Made by a program: the position numbers and the translations under genes
Shown here: positions 29,206-39,015 of the stretch, one piece after another
How the letters are laid out: each line of letters begins with the position of its first letter
Numbering within the stretch: the stretch's first letter is position 1
Origin: a virus
Virus record (IMG/VR): IMGVR_UViG_3300035181_000829
Location: 1-64,000 of that record
Length of the DNA stretch: 64,000 bases
Direction: 5' to 3' (one strand)
Notes under the pieces: model-generated
Database searches by the model: none
Told to the model about the DNA's origin: nothing
What the model saw: the letters and a program-made list of their open reading frames with translations, nothing else

Positions 29206-29694
29206 CTATTTCTTGAGGATGAACCTGCGTTTCTTCTTGATAACTAGCTTCTTTGGGGCGGGTGGTGGTGGTGGTATACGCAGTATGTATGGCTTGTTCA
29301 CGTGTTCCTTGAGGAACGGCTTAATACCCCACAGGAACGGCTGCGAGTATTGTAGGCCCGCGTTCATAATCTTTTCTTCGGTAGTCTGTGCGAAGATATG
29401 GCTCTGCAACTGTTCGTAGGTCGGACGCGAAATTAACATCTGACCGTCATAGGTCTTGGCTAGTAGCGTGTTGAAGAAGTAGAAGAATACCTTCTCTTGA
29501 ATCGTCATCGTTTTGATCCAACGCGGCTCGTGCATCTTATAGGCAAGTTGCATGAGGTTTGCAGGAGAGGCGTCGAAGCCAGCGTAACGCACCATACCCC
29601 CGATCAGACTATGCTGTAGCAGCATTGTCCAATGCTGGCCGAACATTTTGTTAAGCCGCTCACTGTCGTTTAGGCGTCTTACAATTGCCATCAT
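29206..29694 (-). CDS. hypothetical protein with poly-Pro and basic C-tail
   Basis: Ends PPPPPAPKKLVIKKKRRFILKK. Confidence 0.6.
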   Translation of the reverse strand: MMAIVRRLNDSERLNKMFGQHWTMLLQHSLIGGMVRYAGFDASPANLMQLAYKMHEPRWIKTMTIQEKVFFYFFNTLLAKTYDGQMLISRPTYEQLQSHIFAQTTEEKIMNAGLQYSQPFLWGIKPFLKEHVNKPYILRIPPPPPAPKKLVIKKKRRFILKK

Positions 29695-30116
29695 TACTTC
29701 CTTAGCGAATGCCAATCGGCGAAGCGGTTATCCCAGATCAGCCGTGCATCAGGATCGGGGTTGAGAAGTCCATCGCGGATTTCCTCGAACAACATCTGGC
29801 AGCGGGCATTGGCTGACTCGAAATCCCCGGCGTTCCACTGGTAACCGTGATTCAGCGGCTCCAACAGGCGTCCGCGCAGAGTGGTTACGGCAACGGCTGT
29901 GTCATTGATGGCGCCCTGTGTGTAATTGCTGTTGAATTTGGGGTCCAGCGCCCACACGGTCATTTCGTGTGTATCGCCTTTGAAGTAGACGGGGGCCGGT
30001 GGCACACCCGGAACGTCACGAAGTTCAACAAGAAAAATGGCATACCAAGACCAGAACGGGTTCGCTGCAATCGATTGCACGACCCAAGTGCCGCTTTGAA
30101 GTGGCGTATCATCCAT
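29694..30116 (-). CDS. hypothetical protein
   Basis: Start MDDT with TAAGGAG SD; LRDVPGVPP, LNPDPD. Confidence 0.6.
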   Translation of the reverse strand: MDDTPLQSGTWVVQSIAANPFWSWYAIFLVELRDVPGVPPAPVYFKGDTHEMTVWALDPKFNSNYTQGAINDTAVAVTTLRGRLLEPLNHGYQWNAGDFESANARCQMLFEEIRDGLLNPDPDARLIWDNRFADWHSLRK

Positions 30117-30126
30117 AGTATGCTCC

Positions 30127-30555
30127 TTATTTTTTACGACCAAAGAAGGGATCGTTCCCGAGGCGAAAGGCCCATAGTGGGCAGTCGGTGGCTAGGCATT
30201 CAGCCACAAGTTTGCGCGAGCCGGTGCATACGATGCACATGGCGGTGATAGCAGTGCCGCGATTGCGCACGCGCACCCTGTAGCGAAGTTCGGTAGGGTT
30301 GTTCTTGTCGTATGGCGTCCGCATTGCGATAACGCGATCCTTTGCAGTAAGCGCGCTGTCGATGCTCTTGTCCCCGCACGCTTCCGCGACAAGTATCGTT
30401 CGGCGAATACTAGTTGCATCGGGGTTGTCACCGTAAACCGCTTCGATAAGGCTTTCTTCGGGCAGAGGCTTCTTATCCGCCGCGACGATGACAAGTGGTT
30501 TGCGTTCCTCGGTGGGGACGTATGCTCCGATTTCGCTTCGTCTTTTAATTGCCAT
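30127..30555 (-). CDS. Cys4 zinc-finger protein
   Basis: TAITAMCIVC...EC...DCPLWAFRLG. Confidence 0.65.
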   Translation of the reverse strand: MAIKRRSEIGAYVPTEERKPLVIVAADKKPLPEESLIEAVYGDNPDATSIRRTILVAEACGDKSIDSALTAKDRVIAMRTPYDKNNPTELRYRVRVRNRGTAITAMCIVCTGSRKLVAECLATDCPLWAFRLGNDPFFGRKK

Positions 30556-30557
30556 GC

Positions 30558-31061
30558 TTATTCCTCCGTATCCGCATCATCGCCGTCGCCGCCGTCATCG
30601 AACAACGCATCGTCCTCGTCCGTTTCGAAAACGATTTCGACCTTCGGTAGCTCGAACCCACGAAGCGGGTCTTTGCCCATGCGGAATGGGTGCAGAGGGC
30701 AGGTGATGCTGTTGCACTCCCTGACCCCAATCATTTCGCCTTGGCAATCCATGCAGTAAGCCCGGATAGCCGTAGCACGATTCCTGATCCGCGCCCGCGA
30801 CTGGTTGACGACAACGTTGTCGCCGCTAGGTCTGCGGATATGCGCTAGCAGTTCTGACTTCGGCAAGGATTTTGGATTTGCCCCGTGCCAGTCAAGACGT
30901 TGTTGCAGGTATATTACCCGTTCACCAAGCTTTATTGCACGAATGCCCGTCGCTTCATCCGCGCGGACTTCGCACAATGCGCATTCTTCTTCCAGCAGTT
31001 TTCGCGCTTGGACGCTTTCTGCGGATAAGCTTCCTTGATACTTTGGGGGTATGCTGACCAT
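30558..31061 (-). CDS. Cys4 zinc-finger protein, paralog of the neighbour, acidic tail
   Basis: TAIRAYCMDC...EC...TCPLHPFRMG; GGAGAGG SD before 31061. Confidence 0.65.
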   Translation of the reverse strand: MVSIPPKYQGSLSAESVQARKLLEEECALCEVRADEATGIRAIKLGERVIYLQQRLDWHGANPKSLPKSELLAHIRRPSGDNVVVNQSRARIRNRATAIRAYCMDCQGEMIGVRECNSITCPLHPFRMGKDPLRGFELPKVEIVFETDEDDALFDDGGDGDDADTEE

Positions 31062-31524
31062 AGTCCTCTCCGACAACGAGTTTAAGCATGGACGTGATGT
31101 TGGGGCGCTCTGTAACGTGGTGCCCCGTGCCTGCCGCGAGGTCAATCGCGGTTACGGTATACCAGTGGCAAAACTCTGGATCGAGTTTCTTGAAGTTGTC
31201 CCGAAGAAACTTGGCTAGGCCATCGAAAGCGCCGTCCGACATGATGACGTAAGCCGGGTATTTCTCGTAGAGGATCGAGGCTAAAACATAGAGTTCTGTG
31301 GCCTGCTTGAAGCATCCGTCCATGAACTCCCACGAATGCTTGGACTCTGCTTTCGCTACAATCGATTGCAAGCGCGCGAGCATGTTCGCATGAAACAGAT
31401 CGAAGTATTCCTCGGCGTTTTCTTGCGAACCTTTTCCGGCTTCAAGAATCTTCCCCATACGAACGATAGGATCGACCGGCTTCGGTCGCTTCTTAACGAC
31501 GATAATTCTACGTTTGATTGGCAA
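30955..31524 (-). CDS. protein with a LigA subdomain Ia-like motif
   Basis: YVLASILYE....IMSDGAFD.L resembles the YY..D.P.ISD.EYD.L motif of NAD-dependent ligase domain Ia. Confidence 0.45.
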   Translation of the reverse strand: MPIKRRIIVVKKRPKPVDPIVRMGKILEAGKGSQENAEEYFDLFHANMLARLQSIVAKAESKHSWEFMDGCFKQATELYVLASILYEKYPAYVIMSDGAFDGLAKFLRDNFKKLDPEFCHWYTVTAIDLAAGTGHHVTERPNITSMLKLVVGEDYGQHTPKVSRKLIRRKRPSAKTAGRRMRIVRSPRG

Positions 31525-31584
31525 GGCTGGACCCGTTGGCTGTTAGGGCTAGATTACCCGATTTACCCTACGCAGTCAAGGCGT

Positions 31585-33681
31585 TTAAGCGCGTCTTACT
31601 GGCAGTCGTGAGACAGATTTACGTTCAGATACGCTACGACGACCCCGGCGACGTATTAGGTAGTCCAAGTCATCGGCAGTTAGATTTTCTAGTTTCACAT
31701 TGCCAATACTAGTTCTGTTACCGTGTAGCATAAGCCCACGATCACCCTTGTATTTCGGTTGAGTGGTCCACGTAGCGCGGCGCGTAAGCAGGTAAGAGGC
31801 TACGCCACACACGGCATCGGCAATATCCTTCGAGCCGCGCGGCTTGTGGTCGATCTTTTCCTTTGATCCGTTCCGAACATACTCAAGTTCGGTCAGTTCC
31901 TTAATCAAGTGCTGGTTCCGCAGAAGCATAACTCGTTCTTCATACAGTGCATCGCGAAACGTCTTGTAAGGTTGCGTCGTCCTGTCAAGGGACAGATATT
32001 CCGTAGCAAAACCTTTAGCGGCGAGTGTCTGCCGGAAATCTACCGACTGAAAGCCATCTGTCGTTACCACCTTGATTGGCAGTTGGTGTTCATCCCGCAG
32101 CCGATAAATGATTTCACGTATTTTGCTAAACTCGATTTCACCGTCACGCGGCGGCAGCACACGGAGAATCAAGTCGTAGCCAATGACAGGCAAAACTTCT
32201 ACCGTGCTTATGCCGCTGTCGGGATGCTTACGCTCAATAGTCCTCATACCTGCAATGTGGCCGATAGCTATGCCCGCGCTGTCTCTGGTAACGGCAAGGT
32301 CAACGTGGCATACACGCATCGTCTTAATGTCACGACGCACCCTGCTATCATCGATTGTAGGAATCGATATTTCAAGGTCGATATACTCATTGTCAATGAC
32401 AGACTGATAGCCATACTGGTCTGCCAACGTCATACACGAGAATAGGCTTTCACGGTTTTGGATGAACGGGTGAGTAGCTAGGGTAGTGATGCCCGCGAAG
32501 TCTCGAACGCAACCATCAATGTCCTTCTCAAATTCGCTGCGGAAATCTTCTGGCACCGAAATAACCGTGCTGCTTTCCAACATGGACGCAGGGATGACTT
32601 CATTGTCATGCAGTATGCGCGACCGCATCCGTTCATCGCCGACTAACACTCGGAACGATTTGTCCATATACTTGTCCCGCCCCTTCGAATCCCAGAGGGA
32701 TCGAGAGAACACGTAAATCTCTGGATCGTCGCCACCATACATGGCAGCTTCCTTAGCCTTTTCTTCTGTGAAGTCGTCGGGGTAGCGGGACGATGACACA
32801 AGGAACAGTGTGCCGGGCAACTTACCTTTGTGCATGAAGCGTGAGCGGCGGCGTTTCGACAATGTGAGGTATAGTGCCTTGGCTTGGTCATACTCGCCCT
32901 TTTCATCCGCGCTGCTGTTCTTAGACTTAATCACTTTCTGCATGAAGTTTACTTCGTCAAGCAGGCCACCGATCACGTTCATGGAGATAGCGCCAGTATC
33001 CGCCGATGATACGGGCATGATGGTGATATTGTGCTCATGGAACAGCATCTTTGATGTGATGCGGTGATCATAAGGGAAAATCTCGCGAAAGAACGGGCTT
33101 GAGTTCAAGAACTTGCCAAATTCTTCGAACACCGCATTCTTTGCAGTAGAAAGACGCACAGACTGAATGGTGAACACGATGGAGGAATGCTGTTGAATGC
33201 CGAAGGTCTGTTGCGGATTCCGCATACATGACAGCTTGTAAATCTGTCGAGCCATGCCAAGGTTAGCGATGGTAGTCTTACCGCCGCCGATGGCACCTTT
33301 CAGGATGGCTTCGACATATTTCTCTGTATCGATTTCACGCAAGGCTTCAATTACGCCGGGATAGATTTCGCGCTCATCAAGACCAAAGTAGGTGTCACCG
33401 AAAAGGAACTCGTCAAGCGGAACGACACCGCGACGATAACGGGTAAGCTCCAATATATGCTCAAGGTCGCCGTCCTTGGCGACCTCGGTGAGTGCGAATT
33501 GGAATTGATCCCGTAGTAGTTTATCGGGTAGCGAATTTACCTCGCTTGCAATCGCTTGTAGCGTATCCCGAAGCGCAATTTCCCGCGTAAGGTCTTCGTC
33601 GGGTATGGAAGCCGCCCGAATAAGCTTAGGCTTTTTTCGGACGATAATTTTGCGCGATGGCTTGACAAGTTTGCTAACCAC
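31585..33681 (-). CDS. terL: terminase large subunit
   Basis: Walker A GAIGGGKTT, Walker B GGLLDE, coupling motif VSS, nuclease HVDLA...DSAG and KIDH...GSKDIADAV. Confidence 0.9.
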   Translation of the reverse strand: MVSKLVKPSRKIIVRKKPKLIRAASIPDEDLTREIALRDTLQAIASEVNSLPDKLLRDQFQFALTEVAKDGDLEHILELTRYRRGVVPLDEFLFGDTYFGLDEREIYPGVIEALREIDTEKYVEAILKGAIGGGKTTIANLGMARQIYKLSCMRNPQQTFGIQQHSSIVFTIQSVRLSTAKNAVFEEFGKFLNSSPFFREIFPYDHRITSKMLFHEHNITIMPVSSADTGAISMNVIGGLLDEVNFMQKVIKSKNSSADEKGEYDQAKALYLTLSKRRRSRFMHKGKLPGTLFLVSSSRYPDDFTEEKAKEAAMYGGDDPEIYVFSRSLWDSKGRDKYMDKSFRVLVGDERMRSRILHDNEVIPASMLESSTVISVPEDFRSEFEKDIDGCVRDFAGITTLATHPFIQNRESLFSCMTLADQYGYQSVIDNEYIDLEISIPTIDDSRVRRDIKTMRVCHVDLAVTRDSAGIAIGHIAGMRTIERKHPDSGISTVEVLPVIGYDLILRVLPPRDGEIEFSKIREIIYRLRDEHQLPIKVVTTDGFQSVDFRQTLAAKGFATEYLSLDRTTQPYKTFRDALYEERVMLLRNQHLIKELTELEYVRNGSKEKIDHKPRGSKDIADAVCGVASYLLTRRATWTTQPKYKGDRGLMLHGNRTSIGNVKLENLTADDLDYLIRRRGRRSVSERKSVSRLPVRRA

Positions 33682-34303
33682 CGTGGACCTCTACGAGATT
33701 GCTCACTAGCATGGCGAGGGTGTTACGCTGTTGTTCATCCTGCTTGATCCCGCGAAGGTCTTCCTTGACACTTTCGCTGTAGCCGTGCAGGTTCACGTCC
33801 ATTGCTCCATTCATGCGTCCGCGCAGCTTGGCGAGGGCGATCAATAGTTCACGCAACTGTTCGACTTCCTTTCCGCCGGTCGCCAGCAACGCCCCTACTT
33901 GACGTTCGTTGTTGAAGTTGATGCCGATGCGGGCCTTCTGCAACGCAACGAGACGAAGTAGTTCTGTTTCCTCGTCCATGACGATGCCGTTGCCATCAAA
34001 CAAGTGATCGAAGCCGGGCATTTCGTCATCTTGGTGCTCTTGTGGGCGGCACTGCGCTGGATTCTTGGCGCGGAAGTATTGCAGATAGGCCACTAGTGTC
34101 TTCTGGTTGACGTTTGCGTAGCCTCGTTGAATGCAAAACTCCGCTATCTTGCTGTTAGGCTGGCCTTGACGTATCGCCTTGATGATAATCGGATAGAACG
34201 GGTTCTCATTGATGAAGCGGACGGCTGTCCGAGCTTCACGTTCAGATGCCGTCTCTTGCTGCTGTCCCGCTATCTTGATACGCCGAAGGATTTTCTTTGC
34301 CAT
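33674..34303 (-). CDS. putative terminase small subunit
   Basis: Immediately upstream of terL; N-terminal HTH-like helices, C-terminal coiled coil. Confidence 0.55.
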   Translation of the reverse strand: MAKKILRRIKIAGQQQETASEREARTAVRFINENPFYPIIIKAIRQGQPNSKIAEFCIQRGYANVNQKTLVAYLQYFRAKNPAQCRPQEHQDDEMPGFDHLFDGNGIVMDEETELLRLVALQKARIGINFNNERQVGALLATGGKEVEQLRELLIALAKLRGRMNGAMDVNLHGYSESVKEDLRGIKQDEQQRNTLAMLVSNLVEVHGG

Positions 34304-34308
34304 GTCTG

Positions 34309-35175
34309 TTACTTCGTCTTGCTACGGCTTACCGTGCGTTTCTTCGCGGTGACGGTAGGGGCGGCGGGTTTCTTCGCATTTGCCGACGCTACAATCGATT
34401 GCAAGTCGGCGGCGGCGACCATCGCTTCCATGATCTTGGTGTATGGAACGTCTGCCGCGTCCGCCATCTTGATCACTTCTTTCAGCTTCACATTGGTCGC
34501 TTCATCAATCTGGAAATAGTGGTGCTCTTTACCGCCGAACGAGAACACCATGTATCCACGGTCGAGCTGACTTCCGCTTTCCTTGAAGATGCGGTTCAGC
34601 ACAGATGACAGGTCGTCAACCGACTTGATCGTTTCCTTCGCCTCGTCCAACTTCTTGCGCTGCGCGGGCGTCATGTTGGCCTTTGCCGATTCGATCAAAA
34701 CCTCGAAACGTTTGGAGTCATGGAAGCCCATCTCGCGCTGCACCGTCTTGGGGTCACTGCCTTTTACAAGCTGACTATACAGCTTGACCAGTTTTGCCTT
34801 GTCGGTCACGTCGCCGCGAAGAACGTTCCGCTTGGTCAACGCGAGCTTCTTTTCACGGTCGGTCCAGTTCTTTAGGATAACCGGAACCTCGTGGTATCCG
34901 AGAACCTTCGCCGCTTTCAAGCGGTGGTGCCCGGAACCGATTTCATACCAGCCTTTCTTGCCGGGGGCTTCGCGAGCGAGGATCGGTTCATCGAACCCTT
35001 GCTCGCGGATTTCTTCCACAAGCGCGTCAAACACTGTTTCCGACATGACGTTGGGGTTGTCCTCGTCGGGGATCAACCTATCAACCGAAATGTAGACAAT
35101 ATTCGGCTTCGTTTTGTCATCTGTTGCCTCCTGCACGGGGGCGGGCGTAATGGCAGCGCGCTTACGGATGGGCAT
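34309..35175 (-). CDS. ParB/Srx N-terminal domain protein
   Basis: L.P...NPN.M...F..L..EIREQGFDEPIL, YEIGSGHHRLKAA..LGY.EVPV, N..RGD. Confidence 0.85.
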   Translation of the reverse strand: MPIRKRAAITPAPVQEATDDKTKPNIVYISVDRLIPDEDNPNVMSETVFDALVEEIREQGFDEPILAREAPGKKGWYEIGSGHHRLKAAKVLGYHEVPVILKNWTDREKKLALTKRNVLRGDVTDKAKLVKLYSQLVKGSDPKTVQREMGFHDSKRFEVLIESAKANMTPAQRKKLDEAKETIKSVDDLSSVLNRIFKESGSQLDRGYMVFSFGGKEHHYFQIDEATNVKLKEVIKMADAADVPYTKIMEAMVAAADLQSIVASANAKKPAAPTVTAKKRTVSRSKTK

Positions 35176-35178
35176 GGG

Positions 35179-35526
35179 TTATGTCCTGTTTTTGGTGAGG
35201 CGTTGATACAGATCGGGGTAGAGCCGCGCCAATTGCTCGTTGCTAAGGCGCGTGAACGTGTTCGATTGACAACGACAATACCAGTCTCCGGGGTAAAGGT
35301 AAACCTCCCCGAATGCAGCGGGCGCGGCGAGACCGTAGGTGAATGGCGGCTTGTCACCTTTTCGATGTTGCCGAAACCCTCTTGGCAGAGTGTAGGGCTG
35401 TATCTTCTTGCCGGTAGCCCACTCCACAAGCTTCTGGTCATTGGCCCCCGTGTATTGCATTGCATCGACCGGATTCAGCAATGCAACAGGCTTGCGTGAC
35501 TCTGGCATATAGTCATTGTAGGACAT
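35179..35526 (-). CDS. hypothetical protein
   Basis: VDAMQYTG.N, PGDWY; coupled within the operon. Confidence 0.6.
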   Translation of the reverse strand: MSYNDYMPESRKPVALLNPVDAMQYTGANDQKLVEWATGKKIQPYTLPRGFRQHRKGDKPPFTYGLAAPAAFGEVYLYPGDWYCRCQSNTFTRLSNEQLARLYPDLYQRLTKNRT

Positions 35527-35527
35527 T

Positions 35528-37090
35528 TTACACCTTTTTCTTTAGAAGAACTTTTCGTTTGGTTACCGACTTCATGTTGTCGAACACGTCGCGCCGAACG
35601 AACACTTCGTCGGGGCCGGTGCAAACATCGATGTATCCTACATAGCGCATCGCATGGTGGATAGTTCCCCTGCCGTATGTCCACGTAGAACGTATGCCTA
35701 GGTCGCCGATGGAGATGCCCATATTACCGCATTCGCGCAGATACTCGACAATATCACCAAACGTATACCGCTCGCCTTTCAGTTCGGACAAGAAGCCAAG
35801 AATAGCCCCGGAAGTTTTGAAGCGCGAAAGAGGTTCCCGCGCTACGGCTTCGATCTTGTCGCACAAGATGATCATGTTGATCGGCGCGTTGAAAGTTTCC
35901 CTGATCCTTTCGCGCCACGGGGCAATCTGATCCCGCGCCCATTGCGGATCGTCCTTGATGGATGCAAGGTGAGCGATCAGTTGTGGCTTATCGCTACGCT
36001 TAACAACGAACGGGTAGTCAGGGAAGAAGGTCTGTTGGTAGTCCGCTTCCGGCATGATGATCGGAACGCCCATGTAAATTGCCTCGGACAAACCAACCGG
36101 GCAGTCAAGGTGCGACATGGGGGCGATACCTGCGTGCATTGTCCGCAGCAGCTTCAAGAAGTTCAAGCGCGGGTTATTTTCGATAAGGCGATACTGCGGG
36201 CTGTTGGCGTCGAAGTTCACGCCTACTTTTCCGAGTGCCTTTTTCATAGGCCCCCCAAGCGATCCAGAAAGCGAAACAATAAGCTGCGCATCGACGCCGG
36301 ATTTATACAGATACTCGAACCATGCAAGATGTTCCCTATAGCTGACGCCCATGATACGACCGACTGAGATGACCTTGAAGCCTGTTTCAAGCTTCCATCG
36401 ATCCGCATCGTAGATGGCATCGAGTTGGGAAATCTCGATACCGGATGGAACGATTATCGTCTTATCAAGCCATTTGCGGATCGTGCTCTGGGTATAAATT
36501 CCCTGCATCCCTTCGACCACTTCGGAACGGTTATGGTCAGAGATGAAAACGCTGCAATCGCTTGTAAGGTAGCCTTGGCACTGATTAAGCCAATAGGCGT
36601 CGCCTACGTGCGACCGTTTCGGTGTCTGTGGGAACTCCTCGATAAGTACCATTGGCAGGCCGTAGTGCTTGTCGGTGTAGTCGGTCCCTTGGTCATGAAA
36701 CCGTGGGCTTTCAAGCACACGTTTCTGCATGGAAGCCGCGCCGGTGCGGGCGGTGCAGATAACATCAATATGGTATTTGCCCGCGATCCGGTTGAACATG
36801 TTGAAGAAGTCGTCTGTAATAAGACCATCAACAATGAACTGGTCCTGAATATAGCTGGTGCGGATGATCCCAACGTTCGGATGGTTCTCGATTTCGTTGG
36901 CCTGATACTCAACGTCCGGTAGCATCCAGTAAACGAAATGGCCGCGCTTTACTAGTTCGCGGACCATCGAAACATACTTATTGTAGGTAGAAGATGAACC
37001 GAGGTTTGCAACCTGCACGTAAACGGGGTCTACAAGAACACGAAGGCGTGGCGCAGCTATCTGGCGATGCTGCCATTTTTGGTCTGACAT
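35528..37090 (-). CDS. GT-B (GT4-like) glycosyltransferase
   Basis: RELVKRGH.V, VFISDH, IIVPSGI, ISVGRI, GLSEAIYMGVPII. Confidence 0.75.
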   Translation of the reverse strand: MSDQKWQHRQIAAPRLRVLVDPVYVQVANLGSSSTYNKYVSMVRELVKRGHFVYWMLPDVEYQANEIENHPNVGIIRTSYIQDQFIVDGLITDDFFNMFNRIAGKYHIDVICTARTGAASMQKRVLESPRFHDQGTDYTDKHYGLPMVLIEEFPQTPKRSHVGDAYWLNQCQGYLTSDCSVFISDHNRSEVVEGMQGIYTQSTIRKWLDKTIIVPSGIEISQLDAIYDADRWKLETGFKVISVGRIMGVSYREHLAWFEYLYKSGVDAQLIVSLSGSLGGPMKKALGKVGVNFDANSPQYRLIENNPRLNFLKLLRTMHAGIAPMSHLDCPVGLSEAIYMGVPIIMPEADYQQTFFPDYPFVVKRSDKPQLIAHLASIKDDPQWARDQIAPWRERIRETFNAPINMIILCDKIEAVAREPLSRFKTSGAILGFLSELKGERYTFGDIVEYLRECGNMGISIGDLGIRSTWTYGRGTIHHAMRYVGYIDVCTGPDEVFVRRDVFDNMKSVTKRKVLLKKKV

Positions 37091-37096
37091 GGGGGA

Positions 37097-37513
37097 TTAC
37101 TCCGCTGAGAGTGGATAGATGGTCGCCACCTTGTTCATGTGCATGGCAAGCCCGATGGAATCTGGGATAGTGCCCGCGTAGCCATCCCAGAACACGACGA
37201 TATGAGTTGCCGACGCGACAATCTGACCGTTGCGAGCTTTGAATGCACTTTCGGGGCCAAGCTCACGGATTCTCGGTGATATTTTCGTCACTGGAATCCC
37301 GTTACTCTCCGCCCATTTGACGATGATTTCCTCGACGCCTTTGCCCCCTCCGGTGAAGATGGCAATGTCTCGCATCGATAGATTGTGTCTTACAAGGTGG
37401 TTCATCAAAACCTTGATGACATAGGCTTCGTTCTTGTAGACACTTCCACGGAAATCCCGAACTCCGATGATGCCTACCGAGTGGTTGTGCTTGCCGGGAT
37501 TTGGGATTGACAT
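37097..37513 (-). CDS. SLOG-family protein (YspA/DUF2493-like)
   Basis: IIGVRDF, TGGGKGVE...WA, AF.ARN.QIV, VVFWDG...GT. Confidence 0.75.
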   Translation of the reverse strand: MSIPNPGKHNHSVGIIGVRDFRGSVYKNEAYVIKVLMNHLVRHNLSMRDIAIFTGGGKGVEEIIVKWAESNGIPVTKISPRIRELGPESAFKARNGQIVASATHIVVFWDGYAGTIPDSIGLAMHMNKVATIYPLSAE

Positions 37514-37540
37514 GGGCTACCTCTGGCTGAGCGTGTTGAA

Positions 37541-38065
37541 TTACTTATCTATGGTAGTATAATCTCCTTCGATAATCAAGCTGCTGTCGTGTTGCAAATC
37601 AATCTTCCGAACTTCGGTCACTTTTACCCTTTGTTTATAAGCACTTCGGGGTGTAGATGGTGGAGCTACAACACTAATTTTCTTGGAACTGATGATGGTG
37701 GCCTTGCCTGTTTGCCTCTGTGGATCGGCAAGCTCGGCGACCGCCCCAAGAACACCATTAGCATCCCGCGTGAGCGATACCGTTACCGAAACCCGTAATG
37801 GACGCTCATCTGCTTTATCAGCCTGTGACCTATCCGTAACTATAAGCGTCCGCACGTTGATGCCGCTGGATGAAAGTTTCTTTTCGCCGATAGGTTCGTA
37901 AAGATAACCTTCGTCTATCAATTCCTTGATGCGAGCCGTGCAGCTCGACATGGTAAGTCCGGTGCCTTTGGCTACTTCCTTGCGAGTGCATCCGGGGTTC
38001 ATATCGACGTAGTTGTAAACGTCAAAGCGAACACCTTGTAATACCGAGTTTCTGCCGCCGTTCAT
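37541..38065 (-). CDS. winged-HTH DNA-binding protein
   Basis: PGCTRKEVAKGTGLTMSSCTARIKELIDEGYL. Confidence 0.75.
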   Translation of the reverse strand: MNGGRNSVLQGVRFDVYNYVDMNPGCTRKEVAKGTGLTMSSCTARIKELIDEGYLYEPIGEKKLSSSGINVRTLIVTDRSQADKADERPLRVSVTVSLTRDANGVLGAVAELADPQRQTGKATIISSKKISVVAPPSTPRSAYKQRVKVTEVRKIDLQHDSSLIIEGDYTTIDK

Positions 38066-39015
38066 ATCACGATTCCTTTGTCTTTGAGAAGGTAATCTTG
38101 CCGTTCGAGAAATTTGGAACTGGTTGGCACTTTTGGTAATACACGACCTATGTGTTCCTCCACAAAGTTAACTAATATAGCAATTACGGCAATATAAGAA
38201 TCGGTGAAGTTACCACCTTCAACGAGATACTGATGAATGTAGCAATCGATTGCAAGAAGTGTGGTTATCACTGCAACTCGGTAGGCGTCATCCACCTCTT
38301 GCAAAAAGTTAAGCCTAATAGTGCCCATATCGCACACAAGCGGCTTTTCGTCAGCGAGAAATCCGTGATTTACGTTCTGCTCAACAAGAGTGACGATATT
38401 TTCTTGAGTAAGCCCTCGGGAATGGCGAAGGAATAGCCCAACCCCTACGTCAATGGCGGTGCGCGGGTTACAAATTCCAGCAGTCTGATAGAATTTGTCT
38501 GCCCTATCACTTCGCATGTTAAGTGATGCCATATGCAAGAGGGCACCGTATACCTGTTTCCAATATTTAGATATTTGGCTGGACGGCCTATCGTAATCGC
38601 CATTTGTTACTGCAACCATCTGCGCAAGTTGCAAGAGTATAAGGTCAGAATAAGACTGCCTACGCATGAAAAGCTCAACGTAGGCTTTGTGCCGAATGGC
38701 TGGGTTAGGGTTTGCCGCAGTGTCTACACCGCCGCTCCACACTGACTGTCGGTGTAATGCGAAGTCAAAGATTTTTTCGTGATGGGTTATAGCGACAAGC
38801 AATGGCTGTTCATACTTTTCAGAATCGCTGGCCTCTATATTCACAAGAACGGATTCAACATCTTCGTGTGTCCACCCGCTATTCGTCATCCACTCTACAA
38901 ATTTTGCAGTCTTATCCGGCGCAACAGCAAGCTGTTCTGCCATCCTCTTTATGAGTTCTTCGCGCCGCAATTGCCTAGCCGCAAAGGTGGTGCCGGTTAC
39001 GTTGATATTTCTCAT
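38062..39015 (-). CDS. hypothetical protein
   Basis: 317 aa helical ORF, lower GC, ATGA-coupled. Confidence 0.65.
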   Translation of the reverse strand: MRNINVTGTTFAARQLRREELIKRMAEQLAVAPDKTAKFVEWMTNSGWTHEDVESVLVNIEASDSEKYEQPLLVAITHHEKIFDFALHRQSVWSGGVDTAANPNPAIRHKAYVELFMRRQSYSDLILLQLAQMVAVTNGDYDRPSSQISKYWKQVYGALLHMASLNMRSDRADKFYQTAGICNPRTAIDVGVGLFLRHSRGLTQENIVTLVEQNVNHGFLADEKPLVCDMGTIRLNFLQEVDDAYRVAVITTLLAIDCYIHQYLVEGGNFTDSYIAVIAILVNFVEEHIGRVLPKVPTSSKFLERQDYLLKDKGIVI

